Source of the DNA: Neoechinorhynchus agilis
Lineage: Eukaryota > Animalia > Acanthocephala
NCBI GenBank assembly: GCA_051530055.1
Contig: CM121342.1
Coordinates: 2,142,797 to 2,206,796, forward strand
Length of the DNA stretch: 64,000 nt
Direction: 5' to 3'
Shown: piece after piece, positions 34,300 to 47,247 of the stretch
How the letters are laid out: every line of letters starts with the position of its first letter
Numbering within the stretch: position 1 is the first letter of the stretch
Translations under genes and position numbers: made by a program
The notes under the pieces: generated by a model
Told to the model about the DNA's origin: nothing
What the model saw: only the letters and a program-made list of their open reading frames with translations
Database searches by the model: none

Positions 34300-35530
34300 C
34301 GCAATTTTGTCTCCTGTTGAAACACAGCGATTCATACCATCCACTCTGACAACACAAATGACCCGTCCTTGGCCATGTCCCCCTAACCTCAATCATAAAA
34401 TATTACCTAACTTCGACAATACCAAAGAAATTAATTCGAATATTCAACCGTGGCCCACCATTGATAACCCCCATCTTGAAACTCCATCAAAATCAAACAT
34501 CTAAGACCCATCGCAAAAAATCCCTTGAGTTTCCCCGTCTAAAAATGTAATATATCACAAAACATGATGTGGCAATTCAATATAGTGGCTTGCCGTCAAA
34601 GACTCTCTTGGTATACTCAGCCCTGATTTCTTCCCAAATTTGTTCTCTTCTGAACTGATACATGTCCTGGAATCTATCAATCAGAAACTCTGCCTTGACT
34701 CAATTTACAATCATTGTTCCATTTTAGACTCATTAAGACTTCTGTCAACTCTCCTGTACTCCCCTTAGTTTCGTCATACGAAGTACTACAACATCTCAAA
34801 GAAATTACCCCGAAGTTCGTCCTCTCCATTCGAAATCCCAAACTAAGCTCTTCGCGACATCATCCCCGAACTCATAGAACATCTTACCCACATTATAAAC
34901 CACGGCTTCTTACATGGCATCTACCCCTCATGCCTGAAAACTGCTAAAGTTATCCTTGTTCCAAAAAAAGGACTTCCTATTTCAGCCGAATCATTCCGTC
35001 CAATATCCATTTTACCCGCTCTTTCAAAAATCATCGAACAATGTTTTAAATCTCGCCTTCTTTCACTTCTCAACGATAAGTGGTCGTCCGTGCAACACGT
35101 CACCCTTCTCATTCACTGGATTTATCGAAAGCATTCGACTCTTCAGACTATTCACTATTTCTTCAGGCCTGTTCTGATTTCGGTCTAAACTCGTGACAGA
35201 TCTACTGGCTGTCTTCTTATCTTCAAAATCGCCAACAAGACATTCACTGCCAGGCTACCTCGTCGATCAGAATATCCCTCACAAAATGCGTACCTGAAGG
35301 TGCCGTCCTGTAACCACTTTTGAATGTTTTCTTAAACGACCTTCAATCCCTCTCATCTCACTCTAAACTCTTCTTATACGCTAACGATATCACCCTCATC
35401 ACAAAATCAACCTCCCACCTTTCTCCCTCTCGTTAACATCAAAAGCAGTCATCCACGTCAATGATTTCTTGCACCAATCACAAACTACCTGAACTTCTCT
35501 AATTGCTTCGAGTTCATCTCCTTAGTCTAC
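34300..35530 (+). mobile_element. Degenerate CR1/L2-like LINE RT fragment
   Basis: GIYPSCLKTAKVILVPKKG...FRPISILPALSKIIE plus decayed QG and YADD equivalents; similar to 56240-58273. Confidence 0.75.
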
Positions 35531-35538
35531 CGGAAAAC

Positions 35539-35579
35539 AATGATTAATGAGGCGAGGTTTCCTCGCGAAATATTTCATT
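35539..35579 (+). ncRNA. Degenerate hammerhead copy (family B)
   Basis: AATGA ttaatga g GCGAGG ttt CCTCGC GAA ATAT t TCATT aaataaa. Perfect 5-bp stem I and 6-bp stem II, but the core is mutated from CTGANGA to TTAATGA. Confidence 0.6.
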
Positions 35580-36091
35580 AAATAAAATGATTTCTAAGTG
35601 GGATTATCTTCACCACAAATCAAAACATAATTATATCTGTCAAATCAAAATTTGCCATCTTGTCGCTCCTAAACTGTGACACTCTGAAAATTCCTCGATT
35701 TATATTTTCTCAGTGAGCTCAAAAATTGTATTTTTTAAAGAATATCTTTTTGTTAAGCAGCAAAGTCAAAAATGTGGCTTGTTGTTTCTGCAATTTAAGT
35801 GCCTTGTGACTCATAGCTGATCAATCTTTTTTACAATATGAAATCCATCATCCATCCCTTTTTATGCCCCCATAGGCTAAAGATTATTAAACCCTAACTG
35901 GGACAACATAAATCTTTCGACTTAATAAAATTCATTAGAATTCTAAGCGAAATCAAAAACATACACGGCAAACTGCTTAATGAAGCGCACGCAGAGGACA
36001 TTAGGGAACTTATAAATTAATTAATATTTCCCGAAATCGCATTTCGATTCGTACGCACTACGAACTTATATCAATTTCAAATCTGCACTAT

Positions 36092-37530
36092 TTATTGACT
36101 ATTAGAAAGGACAGTTTCCACGACACCGTCCAATATTTTCTCAAACGGAATCGGAACAATGTAATCATTGTCTTTCTTCAACGCCTTTAACAGAATCTGG
36201 ACAAATCGTGGAAAATCTTTTCGAAGGCGTGCTACAAAATCATGTGGACTAAGGTCAAGTCTGAGATTCGAATGATTTTCCCTGAGAATTTTCACAATCT
36301 CGTTAATTTGAACACTAAGTCTGCTTAAGTAATTAAATCCACATAATTCCCGGTAAGCCACTGGACTGGAAGCGTATCTTTGAACGATCTGAGTGCATTC
36401 ATTAACATGCTCTTGGATTCGTGAAATCCATCTGTTTGATCCGAGCATGTTTGTGTCTTCAAAGACTAAAGTGGCGCAGCAAATGATCACCTCGGTAGCT
36501 TTTACAGCAGAACCAGCTTTAACGACCTGCATTTGTCGCTCCGTGTTACTATCCACAAGGGTAGCTGATTGGACTGCTTTATATAATGAGTGGGTATAGG
36601 TTCCAGGTTCTCGATTAGATTGTTCCCTTATCTGAGAACGGAAACTTTAGAATGAATGAGATCAGGAACATGAGTTTTACCGAGCACTTTACAAACACTG
36701 GACACTAATCTTTTACTCATGAACGGTGTGACGTCCGATTCGTCGTCTGGATAGCGAATGAGCATCTCAGCACCCGTTAAGAGTTGCATGGGCTTCTGAG
36801 CTGCATGTAGAAAACGCTTAGCGCCCTTAGAGATTTGAAGAACAATTAGCCAATAATCGCTATGTTTTAGACAATCAGTCACTGATCCGAGATATTTACA
36901 GAATAGTGAAGATGCTTGTGCAAATGTGGTTTCTATCACTTCTATAAACTGGTTGAGACTGAAGTCCAGTTCTTTTAAGAACTGAGTAAACTTTAGTTGC
37001 CATCTAAGCTGCCTGTAACATGTTGTAGAAGTTATAAATGTCGGAATGCTTAATTTAATGCATCGAATACTTTTATACTTTTTTCGGTTCATTTCTCTAG
37101 ACTCGAGGACTTCAACTGCGCGCATTATTATCACCTTGACGGACGAGGTCATTTTAGCGAACACATCGGGTGATTGTGACATGAGTGCCGGCGCAACTAG
37201 AGCTGTTACAAACTCATAGTATTTGAGAATTTGGACAAATTCTCGGACACTCGTTGGTTGAGCGGTAGACGCAGTGTCGGCTATTTTGTACAATCGTCCA
37301 ATAAGCTTTAGATGGCCGTATAAAGGTGATTGATTACCCTCGTATGAACAAAGCCATTCGGACAAATGGCAGAGGGAGTTATGTTGTCTATCGGTTACTA
37401 CCTGCAAGGTCGACGAATCCGACTTATAATCATTAAATAGACGTCGTAACTTAAGAAGATTTGATTGACTGGAGTTTGTCGAAGGTGCTTTCTCCGCCAT
37501 AACAGTATTCATTTCTGCCTCGAAGGTCAT
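36092..37530 (-). CDS. Hypothetical helical protein, two exons (about 450 aa)
   Basis: 300-aa and 154-aa ORFs can be joined by a 38-56 nt intron ending TTCTCAG near 36630; acceptor TACAG lies 3 nt before the ATG. No family recognised. Confidence 0.6.
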
Positions 37531-38459
37531 TGCCTGTATACAATTGATCCAGGAGACATGAAGATTGGAGAAAGATATTGTTCTAGAAAAACCTAAAAAA
37601 TCGTGATCTTCTTTACTTGAATTAAAACAAGAATTTAATTGAATTCAGAACGCCAGAAAATTCTTTGTAGCTTTCACTATCATTTATCTAGATGCCACGA
37701 GAAGAATAGTAGTTAATCCCTGGGGATTAGCCTGAAGGCGACGGTGCTTGAGGGGAAATGATCGCCATTAGCGGATGCGAAAATAAAGACGACGCCGTAT
37801 TGTGTGTATCACGGAAATAAACGATTAAGAAGGACCGATGCTCACTGTTACTCATTGTGTGTGTTTTCCTTTCCCAAACTAGAAAATATATCCCTGACTC
37901 CCATGCATTCTTCGAACCACCACTAAGACAAACGACGAAACAATGCTAAAAGTGGAGTATATCCGGCATTGCATGTCTAAAGACTTGTAGAACATGCAGA
38001 GAATAGTGGCTTCTATAAAGAACAATTTGTCTCCTAACCACAATAATTACACCTCCTTCCTTTGCCGCATCTTTAGCTCAATCAAAGCCGCTTCGATTTA
38101 ATGATTACGCGACATACTTTATGCTGAATAAATTTGTTTGATAATAAGATGAACGTGGGCAACTTTAAACCTTTTCGCGTTATACAAATTCATGCTGCGC
38201 CTCGCTCTCTAAAACGGTGGAAAGGAATGCATTAGAGCTAACATTTGCGCTTGATGTAAAGCCCTTATCTTTTACATTCAAGGTTGGTTTCCTCGAAACA
38301 AAAGCAGTCTATCTTTATTGGTAATTAAAACGACTTATTTCCCGGTGAGAGTAATAACCTGACAAATGATACGCATCGTTTGTCATCGTTGAGTTTGTAG
38401 ATTTTCTGGTTAAAGGATTTCATGAACCAATATCACCTAAAATATCTTGATATTTTTCT

Positions 38460-40064
38460 TTGTTTTGTAAGCAATCGCCCATATTGTATATGCCATAAGA
38501 AAAAAAACTTCTAAAGTTTACATTAACATAAAGTCAATTATTTTGATTTGGCTTACATAAATGTAAGGAACAATACTGAGTGATGAATTAAGGAAATTAT
38601 AACTAGATTAAAAAGTTTAAACGCGTTCTAAGTGTCGATGCGTATAGAGGAGAAATCGAACCAGGATAGACATTCAAAAGCGCTTTAAAATTTCAAAACT
38701 TGACCGATGCTGTCATTTTAGAGATTCGAACAATTGCGTTGATAATAAATCTAAGAATGCATTACGGTACGATTTCGGTGTAGAGCATTTTAGAATTGGT
38801 AGATATTGCAAATTTCATGATCTCTGTTTTCAAACTCTTATTTACTGCTTTCCCTTCCTGAAATATCTATACAAATAAACGTGGATATTTGAGAATAATT
38901 AAAATAAATTATTTTTCTAATATTATGTTCCTAAATAATTTTCTTGGATATCTGATAGCTTAATACTTAATATAGAAAAACTTATTTTTGTGTTATTCCT
39001 TCAACTTAAGCTTTCGCAATTTTCTAACAAAATAAAATTTTAAATATTATAGCATCCAAAGCGACTAAAAAGTGTGCTTATTACGTCATGCGAGAAAAGT
39101 GATCCATCAAGAACTTACATTAATCAAACAGCCTCTTTTAAATACTGAAGAGAAGTGCATAAATTTTGTGAGACAACGGTCATCTGTATCTCAAACTGTG
39201 ATTTGGAAATTAATGACATTAATCTTAAAGATACTTCAAGAATAAATTGTAAAACCAATCTAATCTCACATCGTTTTTAACACTAAATGCCATTATATGC
39301 GTTCGTTGATAACCATCAACAAATGTCACGAGGTCAAAGTAGTAAAGCGTTTTTCGAAGCACTGGAAGGCTATAAGCAACCAATGCTTCACGCTGGAGGA
39401 CACGTACCACAGGATCCTCTTTATAAAGTTTTTGATCTAGAGGACATATGTGAAGGTGTTGATAATATGGATGTGGCGAAGGAAGCTATCAAAAGGAGAA
39501 AATATTTATGACTATAATCCCAAGGCTCAAAGAAAATTTCATTGTCAAAATAATGAGAGAAGATCTAGGAAATACAACTCACAGTGACTTGGTAAAATAT
39601 ATTATGGGAAATGAAAAACGACGATTGGACATTTTAAACCTTGACCAAGATCTGTTAATAAGAATTAGTTTGGAATGGTTTCTTTGGTGAATATTCTTAA
39701 GAAAGATTTGAATGTATTCTAAAATATACAAGGATATAAGATTACAAGTAATGCAGAAAAACGGGGAAAGTCTATTTGGTTGTATGTTGAAGTATTGGGA
39801 AAGGATGGATTATCAGTCTCAAATCTTGAAGTGTTGTAGTCAGCAGGCTAGCTATTTTAAAAATCTAGAGAAGATTATGGCCAGCTAAGATGACGAATTT
39901 GGTTACACGGATTAACGCGGGAAATGACAAAGGCAGATATCAAGTGATTTTAGATCAATCAAACAATTTACTTGGCTTTTCAATGAACGAAGATGGAAAC
40001 TATCGTGATTTAAGAGTGCTATTTTTTATTCTATTAATTGCTCAACAACCAAACAGCAAGATTT
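38460..40064 (+). repeat. 1.6-kb AT-rich segment R; other copies at 42604-44225 (-) and 60265-61945 (+, interrupted and truncated)
   Basis: The same ORFs MPLYAFVDNHQQ.. and MVRVLQREALV.. occur in all three copies (MTIIPRLKENF.. in two), with near-identical flanking DNA. Confidence 0.9.
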
Positions 40065-40124
40065 CGGCATCGCTACTAGACATTCCTTCGATGTGGATTC
40101 ACATAGTCCGGGTGAAGCGTACAG

Positions 40125-40715
40125 GTATTTACAAATATTTGTACAAACTCGGTTTCGCCTATTCACCGAACCCAATGGTATTCGCTAAGATCCAAATCAT
40201 CGTTCTAACACACTTCATCTTATTTCTACCAGCAAGAATTTCGATGCACCCAGAAAACGCAGCGAACAGTGCAAGCAGTAAACAGACCAATATGAGAGCG
40301 GAAACGAAATCTTCACTAGCTACGAAACCCATTCCATGCACCGATCTAATTCCTGTAACATGGATCAATCTAGCCCATTGGAATTATTTTTTTGTAAAAA
40401 TATTTGTTTGAAAATTTCGTCAAAAGCTTCTACGTCAAGAAATGTTCGCAATTTGTACGAAGGGGCAATGAACTATCGAGCCACTTTTATATGGATCACA
40501 TCAAAGTCTCGTGAACAGTATTTAGGAAGAAATATAAGAGCATTTATTTTGTTCGGATTGAGTGACTGTTGTAATGCCAGATTATTTTTTAGCTGTTGAA
40601 TTAACGCCATAAAATCTTTTACGGATTGCGTATCGAAAAATTGGGATTTTTACCATATTCGACTGCAGAATGCATCTTAATTTGATGAGATGAATTTGAC
40701 GCGGCACGATTATCC
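40125..40715 (+). pseudogene. Deletion derivative of the homeobox locus: 5' fragment (like 50770-51020) fused to a segment like 52000-52350
   Basis: MHPENAANSASSKQTN..DLIPVTWIN then a switch to cattggaatt..aaaaatatttgttt, shared with 52000 onward. Confidence 0.75.
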
Positions 40716-40719
40716 CCAT

Positions 40720-42100
40720 ACATTGTAATCGAACGACACATCGAGCAATTACGAATGAGGTATTGAGTAGCGATACAAAAGTGGATCGGGGACAAAGGAG
40801 ATCCTTGAGTTACATCTTTCACCTGAAAGTAGTGATTTTGCAACGGATCATTTTGAAGATAGAAAAATTTGGATTTTAGTGCGTTGTTCACACGGGCGAT
40901 GAAATTATAGGGAAAATTAAAGTATTTTAGGATGTCAACAATGAATTCGATGCTTATCCTATCAAATGCTTTCGAGATGTCAAAGGACACCAGGATTTTC
41001 ATTGATGTCCTCTTCGTGCCAAAATTGTCGATGATTTCGGACATGGCTGATTAAACGGATTTGTGTGGCATGAAGCCGTGGCGGCGTTCATCGATTATGC
41101 TGTGTTCACAACAGAAAGTCAGAATCCTTTTCGCCAAAACTCTCGCATATATCGAAACGAGAGAGTTTTAAATGCAAATTGTACGCACATCGCCCGCTGC
41201 TGAAATGGCCTTTCCTTTATTTTTGGAGAGAAAAATCTTTTTGGTCATGTTTATCTGAGCTCAGTCTTCAGGGAAAGTTAGCAGCATGCATTGTGTGATA
41301 TTGTCCACATTTACGGGTTCTAGATTGTTGGCCACCTAAAAACAAGGCGAAAAACCGTTGTTTAAGGCTAAATTTTTGGAGCCGCTTTACTTGATGAAAT
41401 CTTCCCCTTCCTCAAGTCCATTCTCCGGGCCTTGAGACTAATGAAAGTAATGCCGGGGCGAGTAGTGACCGCGTCGTTGGCGTGTGTTCTACACTGAGCG
41501 AGCCGAGCACGACGTCGAACCCTGCATTTTTGATCCAAGTAGCTGCAGATTTCCTCCGCGAGACAAATGTTCTACTGGCGGCTAGCTTCCACCAGGCAGA
41601 AAAGTATAGCAACATGGACCGAACTTTCCTTCTCTTTTGATCCAATTGAAATCGGGCCCTAGATGGCCAGTAAGGAAATGACGAAAAAATTCGATTCCGG
41701 GGTTCAAATATGAAATAAAAAAGTAGCTTAATTGAACAGTCGTACATTCACTGAATTCATTTTAAATCTTCTTGCCTAATGGATGTTTCGTTTGAGTTCC
41801 CAAATGAGAATGAGACAATGGCGTTTGACGGCAAGATTCTCACTCATTATACATAAATCAAAATAGGAACACATGTTTCCAAAGGTAAAAGTGGGATTAT
41901 CCGGAGAGATGAATGTGTGGGTGCCCGTGGATCGAATTACTGCTTTAATCCATTTCTGAGATGGATCGCTAAAATCCCAGAAATAAAGGTCCACATAAGA
42001 GCAAAAAATGTTATACAACACCTGCTTATTATGCGGTGGGTGGATAACTAACAAATTTCCTGCGGCGCTGTAAGTGATAGAAAATATAGCGTAGGAAAGG
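40720..42100 (-). mobile_element. Degenerate APE-type non-LTR retrotransposon fragment
   Basis: APE end (PDNPTF..SYFDL) followed by RT motifs HGFMPHKSV, SFDISKAFD and QGSPLSP; many stops. Confidence 0.7.
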
Positions 42101-44285
42101 TCTCCGGATGAATACTTCGAAATTAATCTTATACAAAGACAAGCTTTGAAAATCGAAAAAAGCTTTGTGAATTGGCTGAATAGGATCTAGTTAAGAATAT
42201 ACGATATCCACCCAAAACGCCTTAAAATTATCAGGACTAGTCTGAGCAACCCTAACCTACCTCCTTGTATCCAATTTGGTTTCCGACATGGCGCTGGTAG
42301 TTGATATGCAGGTAATCGATACCATCGTGAACCTGCATATTTACATCAGTGGGTCTTAGTTGTTCTCTATTTGGAAAACTTGGGCTATTTCCAGCCTTGC
42401 TTTTTATTTAAGAGGTCTCCCGGAACATAAACCTCTCTTCCTCGAAGCATTTTTCAAGCATATCAACTCTATACCTTCTACCTGGGCTTGTGAGCTTAGG
42501 AATTCATGCTTACAAAGGTTTCACAAATGAATTTACTAACTATTGTTCTACTATCCTATCTGTATCGCAGTTCCTTATTTCTCGTGGCGTTTAATGCTGA
42601 ATTAAATCTTGTTGTTGTTTGGTTGTTGAGCAATTAATAGAATAAAAAATAGCACTCTTAAATCACGATAGTTTCCATCTTCGTTCATTGAAAAGCCAAG
42701 TAAATTGTTTGATTGATCTAAAATCACTTGATATCTGCCTTTGTCATTTCCCGCGTTAATCCGTGTAACCAAATTCGTCATCTTAGCTGGCCATAATCTT
42801 CTCTAGATTTTTAAAATAGCTAGCCTGCTGACTGCAACACTTCAAGATTTGAGACTGATAATCCATCCTTTCCCAATACTTCAACATACAACCAAATAGA
42901 CTTTCCCCGTTTTTCTGCATTACTTGTAATCTTATATCCTTGTATATTTTAGAATACATTCAAATCTTTCTTAAGAATATTCACCAAAGAAACCATTCCA
43001 AACTAATTCTTATTAACAGATCTTGGTCAAGGTTTAAAATGTCCAATCGTCGTTTTTCATTTCCCATAATATATTTTACCAAGTCATTGTTAGTTGTATT
43101 TCCTAGATCTTCTCTCATTATTTTGACAATGAAATTTTCTTTGAGCCTTGGGATTATAGTCATAAATATTTTCTCCTTTTGATAGCTTCCTTCGCCACAT
43201 CCATATTATCAACACCTTCACATATATTTTATTCTTCACCTACCACTTCTTGCTGGTCCTCTAGATCAAAAACTTTATAAAGAGGATCCTGTGGTACGTG
43301 TCCTCCAGCGTGAAGCATTGGTTGCTTATAGCCTTCCAGTGCTTCGAAAAACGCTTTACTACTTTGACCTCGTGACATTTGTTGATGGTTATCAACGAAC
43401 GCATATAATGGCATTTAGTGTTAAAAACGATGTGAGATTAGATTGGTTTTACAATTTATTCTTGAAGTATCTTTAAGATTAATGTCATTAATTTCCAAAT
43501 CACAGTTTGAGATACAGATGACCGTTGTCTCACAAAATTTATGCACTTCTCTTCAGTATTTAAAAGAGGCTGTTTGATTAATGTAAGTTCTTGATGGATC
43601 ACTTTTCTCGCATGACGTAATAAGCACACTTTTTAGTCGCTTTGGATGCTATAATATTTAAAATTTTATTTTGTTAGAAAATTGCGAAAGCTTAAGTTGA
43701 AGGAATAACACAAAAATAAGTTTTTCTATATTAAGTATTAAGCTATCAGATATCCAAGAAAATTATTTAGGAACATAATATTAGAAAAATAATTTATTTT
43801 AATTATTCTCAAATATCCACGTTTATTTGTATAGATATTTCAGGAAGGGAAAGCAGTAAATAAGAGTTTGAAAACAGAGATCATGAAATTTGCAATATCT
43901 ACTAATTCTAAAATGCTCTACACCGAAATCGTACCTTAATGCATTCTTAGATTTATTATCAACGCAATTGTTCGAATCTCTAAAATGACAACATCGGTCA
44001 AGTTTTGAAATTTTAAAGCGCTTTTAAATGTCTATCCTGGTTCGATTTCTCCTCTATACGCATCGACACTTAGAACGCGTTTAAACTTTTTAATCTAGTT
44101 ATAATTTCCTTAATTCATCGCTCAGTGTTGTTCCTTACATTTATGTAAGCCAAATCAAAATAATTGACTTTATGTTAATGTAAACTTTAGAAGTTTTTTT
44201 TCTTATGGCATATACAATATGGGCGATATATATAAAAATATCCAAGATTCTTTGTTCCAATCGTACATTCATTGAATATTTGGTT

Positions 44286-47247
44286 ACTTTTCTTTACATT
44301 CACCACCTCCCACCAAATTCCAGCTTTTGTCCTTCCTCGACCGTCGCCATCACGCTGGCAGCATTGCCCCGTTGTACTGCCAGCGAGATATTTTGTCGAA
44401 GAAATATGCCTGCTCTTGAGTCTCCGGTTGCCTCTCTCAATTTCTTCGAGAGATCCTTGAGCAGAGAGAGTGCCGAGCTGCCGAGCGCTCCATACGTCTC
44501 TACCCCAAAGGGGACAAAATAGTGAGCCCTCGATAGCTGCATATATTTTCGTACCTTCCTCCCTTCCGCTGCACTGGCGGCACCACCGGCGATTTCGAGG
44601 GAGTAGGGGATGTTGCTGGCTGCGAGGGTGTCCACACACGTGGCGTCCCAGAGAAGGCATTTGCCCTCCCGCCACGGGAAGACCGAAATTCCATCGGACC
44701 TACGGCCGTCTAGTCTGCAGAGGTGGGCGGGTTCCAGGATGTTCGGGAAGTTCGCCGTTCTCAACGCCCGAGAAATTACGTTATTGATTTCAGAATGGCG
44801 TGAAAACCTTCCTGCTGACCTTCTGCAGACGAGACCGTGTCGCCCGAAAGCATCAACCAAAGACCCACATCGACAGCGATGGGGCGTGCATATCGGGAGA
44901 CCGAGTCTTGAGGATACTGCGATCCTCGTCACCTCGTCAGTAAGAAGAGTTCCCACAGATGCCAGAGGAACAGCCTCCAACCACGCCCCAGATTCTCGTG
45001 TTGAAACTGCCAACAGTCTAGCTCGGACGACCCCATCGCGAGAACCTGAAAGAAGAGAGCTGTGAGCTCTCGCGACAAGAGGTCCGTCCCAGATCGACTG
45101 TCTGAGGCCATTCACGGGAACTTGGTTAGCGCCTGTCTGCTGGCACCATTCCTCAACCGCCACCACGAAATCCCGGTCAAGACAAAACTTTTCTTTCAAA
45201 ATGTTCTTCGAGACTGGTAGGCTCCCCTCAAACGATCCAAGAAAGGCCGGCAAAGCAAGGTCGACTAGTGCCCGAATTACCAATCCCCCAGATGACACAG
45301 GCAAAGAAGCTTGTCGCCACGCCTCATCTGAGAGCTGGACATTTAAAATACGCTCGAGGCAAGCCCTCACCTTATTGTCCAGCTTTGCCAATCCTTCTTT
45401 GTGTTTGAAAAATGTTGCTGTGCGAACCTTGTACAATAATTTGGGGATGAAGAGCGCGTTCTTTATGAGAAACAAGGCTTCATGAGCAGAGAGAGCGCAC
45501 ACCCTATCGCACAGCAACGAAAGTTTCGGTATGATATGGCCGATCTCATCTTCCACATTTGAATCGAAGACACAACTGCCCAAGAGGCTGAGTTGTTCCC
45601 GAGTCACGAGTTTCAGACCTGGAGCTACGGCCTCGAACCCAGCCATTAGTTCTTTGACTTTAGCGGCGTCTCCAATATTCAGTACAAGGAGCTCACATTT
45701 TCCAGCATTAAGCTCAATGCCCATCTTCGAGGTCTCCCTAATCAGCGTCTCCAAATCGCGCAGTACAACGGAGGGATCACCTCCGAGCGTAGCGTCATCC
45801 AAGTACCAGGCGTTGAAGCTGGAATGGAGAGAATGCGCTATTGGGTTTACTGTTAGGGAGAATCCGATTGGACCGAGGGGATCTCCTTGCTGCACTCCTC
45901 TTTCGGACCAAATGAGGTGGTCTTCGAAAAGCAAAGGAATCGCCGTCCCGTAGGCATTGAGAAAATACTGGAAGGCTTCTGGTGCGTGATCCCTAATTGC
46001 GCGGAACATGCTTTCTCTATTAAGAGAGTTAAAGGCGTTCCGAAAATCGCACTTAAGAATCACGCACGGCGCTGAGCTACTCGTAGCAAAGTTTCGGAGC
46101 GAGTGGACGATAGCTTCCGCCCCGCAGGATGTGCAGCAGCCCAGTTGGAGTGGACGAAGTTGCTGCCCGGTTTTCTCTGTAATACGTTTGCAGAGAATTT
46201 TTCCTGCAAGTCGGCGTATCGTCGAAGATACGGCGATGGGACGAATCCCACCTTCTTTTTTTGTGAGAGCACATAATGATGCTCCGAAAAATAGGTCTTT
46301 TGCAACGGGGTTCAGGTCCTCTCCAGTCAGGCGGTCGACTATTCGAGAAAGCGCACTTTCTAGAGAGAGCTGCTTCACCAGTTGAAAAGGACATCATGTC
46401 CTTTAAGTGCTGAGGCCTTAGTCCGTCAAGCCCGTGACCCGAACCATTTGCAAAAGTTGAGATGGCCTTTTTCATCTCTGAAATTTGAGTGGGCGTCCTG
46501 TCCTGAATGGGAGGAGATGGAATTTCAAAGCTTCCGCTACTACATGGGTGCTTCGACCGGAGTATTTGTAGCGTCTCGCTGTCTCCTTTTGCGAAACTGT
46601 CGGAGGATGACAATAACCGAACAGCCCCCCGAACATCCCCGTCCGCAAGCTTCGAAGAGACACGCTCAGTCAGTGATCGCTTTGAAAAACGGCAGCGATA
46701 CTCTTCCTTCGTGCGTCCCTTAGAAACCTCGCGGAGATTCCTTTCAAAATTTTTAAATATTTGTTCAAAGGAATCTAACCTTTCCTTGATTGTTGATGTC
46801 AAAGACACCCGAGAATCACCGCTGGTGCAGAGGACTAAGCGCGGGAAAGCGAAGAGCCGTGTCCATGAAGGCGCACAGTTCGTTTGCAGGCAATCATTGA
46901 GCAATCCCGTAAATGCTTTGGCGACCAGATATCGCGCGCCTTTGGGGATCCGTTTCAGGACGTTCCTGGGCAGAAACCGCACGATATCAGGTATCGAAAT
47001 AGAATCAGTGGTGATCTGAGGGGTCTCAGGCACGAACGGTTCGGTTAATTGTGGTGGAGAACCAGACCCACTACAGCGGAGATCTCGGGGACCATGGACA
47101 AACAAAACCCCCATATTTGTTAATTTAAAAAACTTACCGCAAACCGGACACAAACCAGTAGAGACGCGTGGGAGCCCGGCAGCGTTGGTCTTCTCAGATT
47201 GCACGTGATCGATAAGTAGCTCGTTCAAATTATCTGCGTCACCAGCG
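44286..47247 (-). mobile_element. CRE-like retrotransposon copy D, 5'-truncated, one frameshift
   Basis: ORFs 46077-47255 and 44300-46378 join through a frameshift in a (CT)n run near 46365. All RT and REL motifs are present but RPDG is changed to RSDG. AACCA occurs at both ends (44281-85, 47248-52). Confidence 0.9.

Noticed and set aside
39050-39290. Long frame with sparse stops suggesting stop-codon reassignment
   Set aside because: Host genes here terminate normally with TGA (PIAS), TAG (FLVCR) and TAA (RRM gene); pseudogenisation is simpler.
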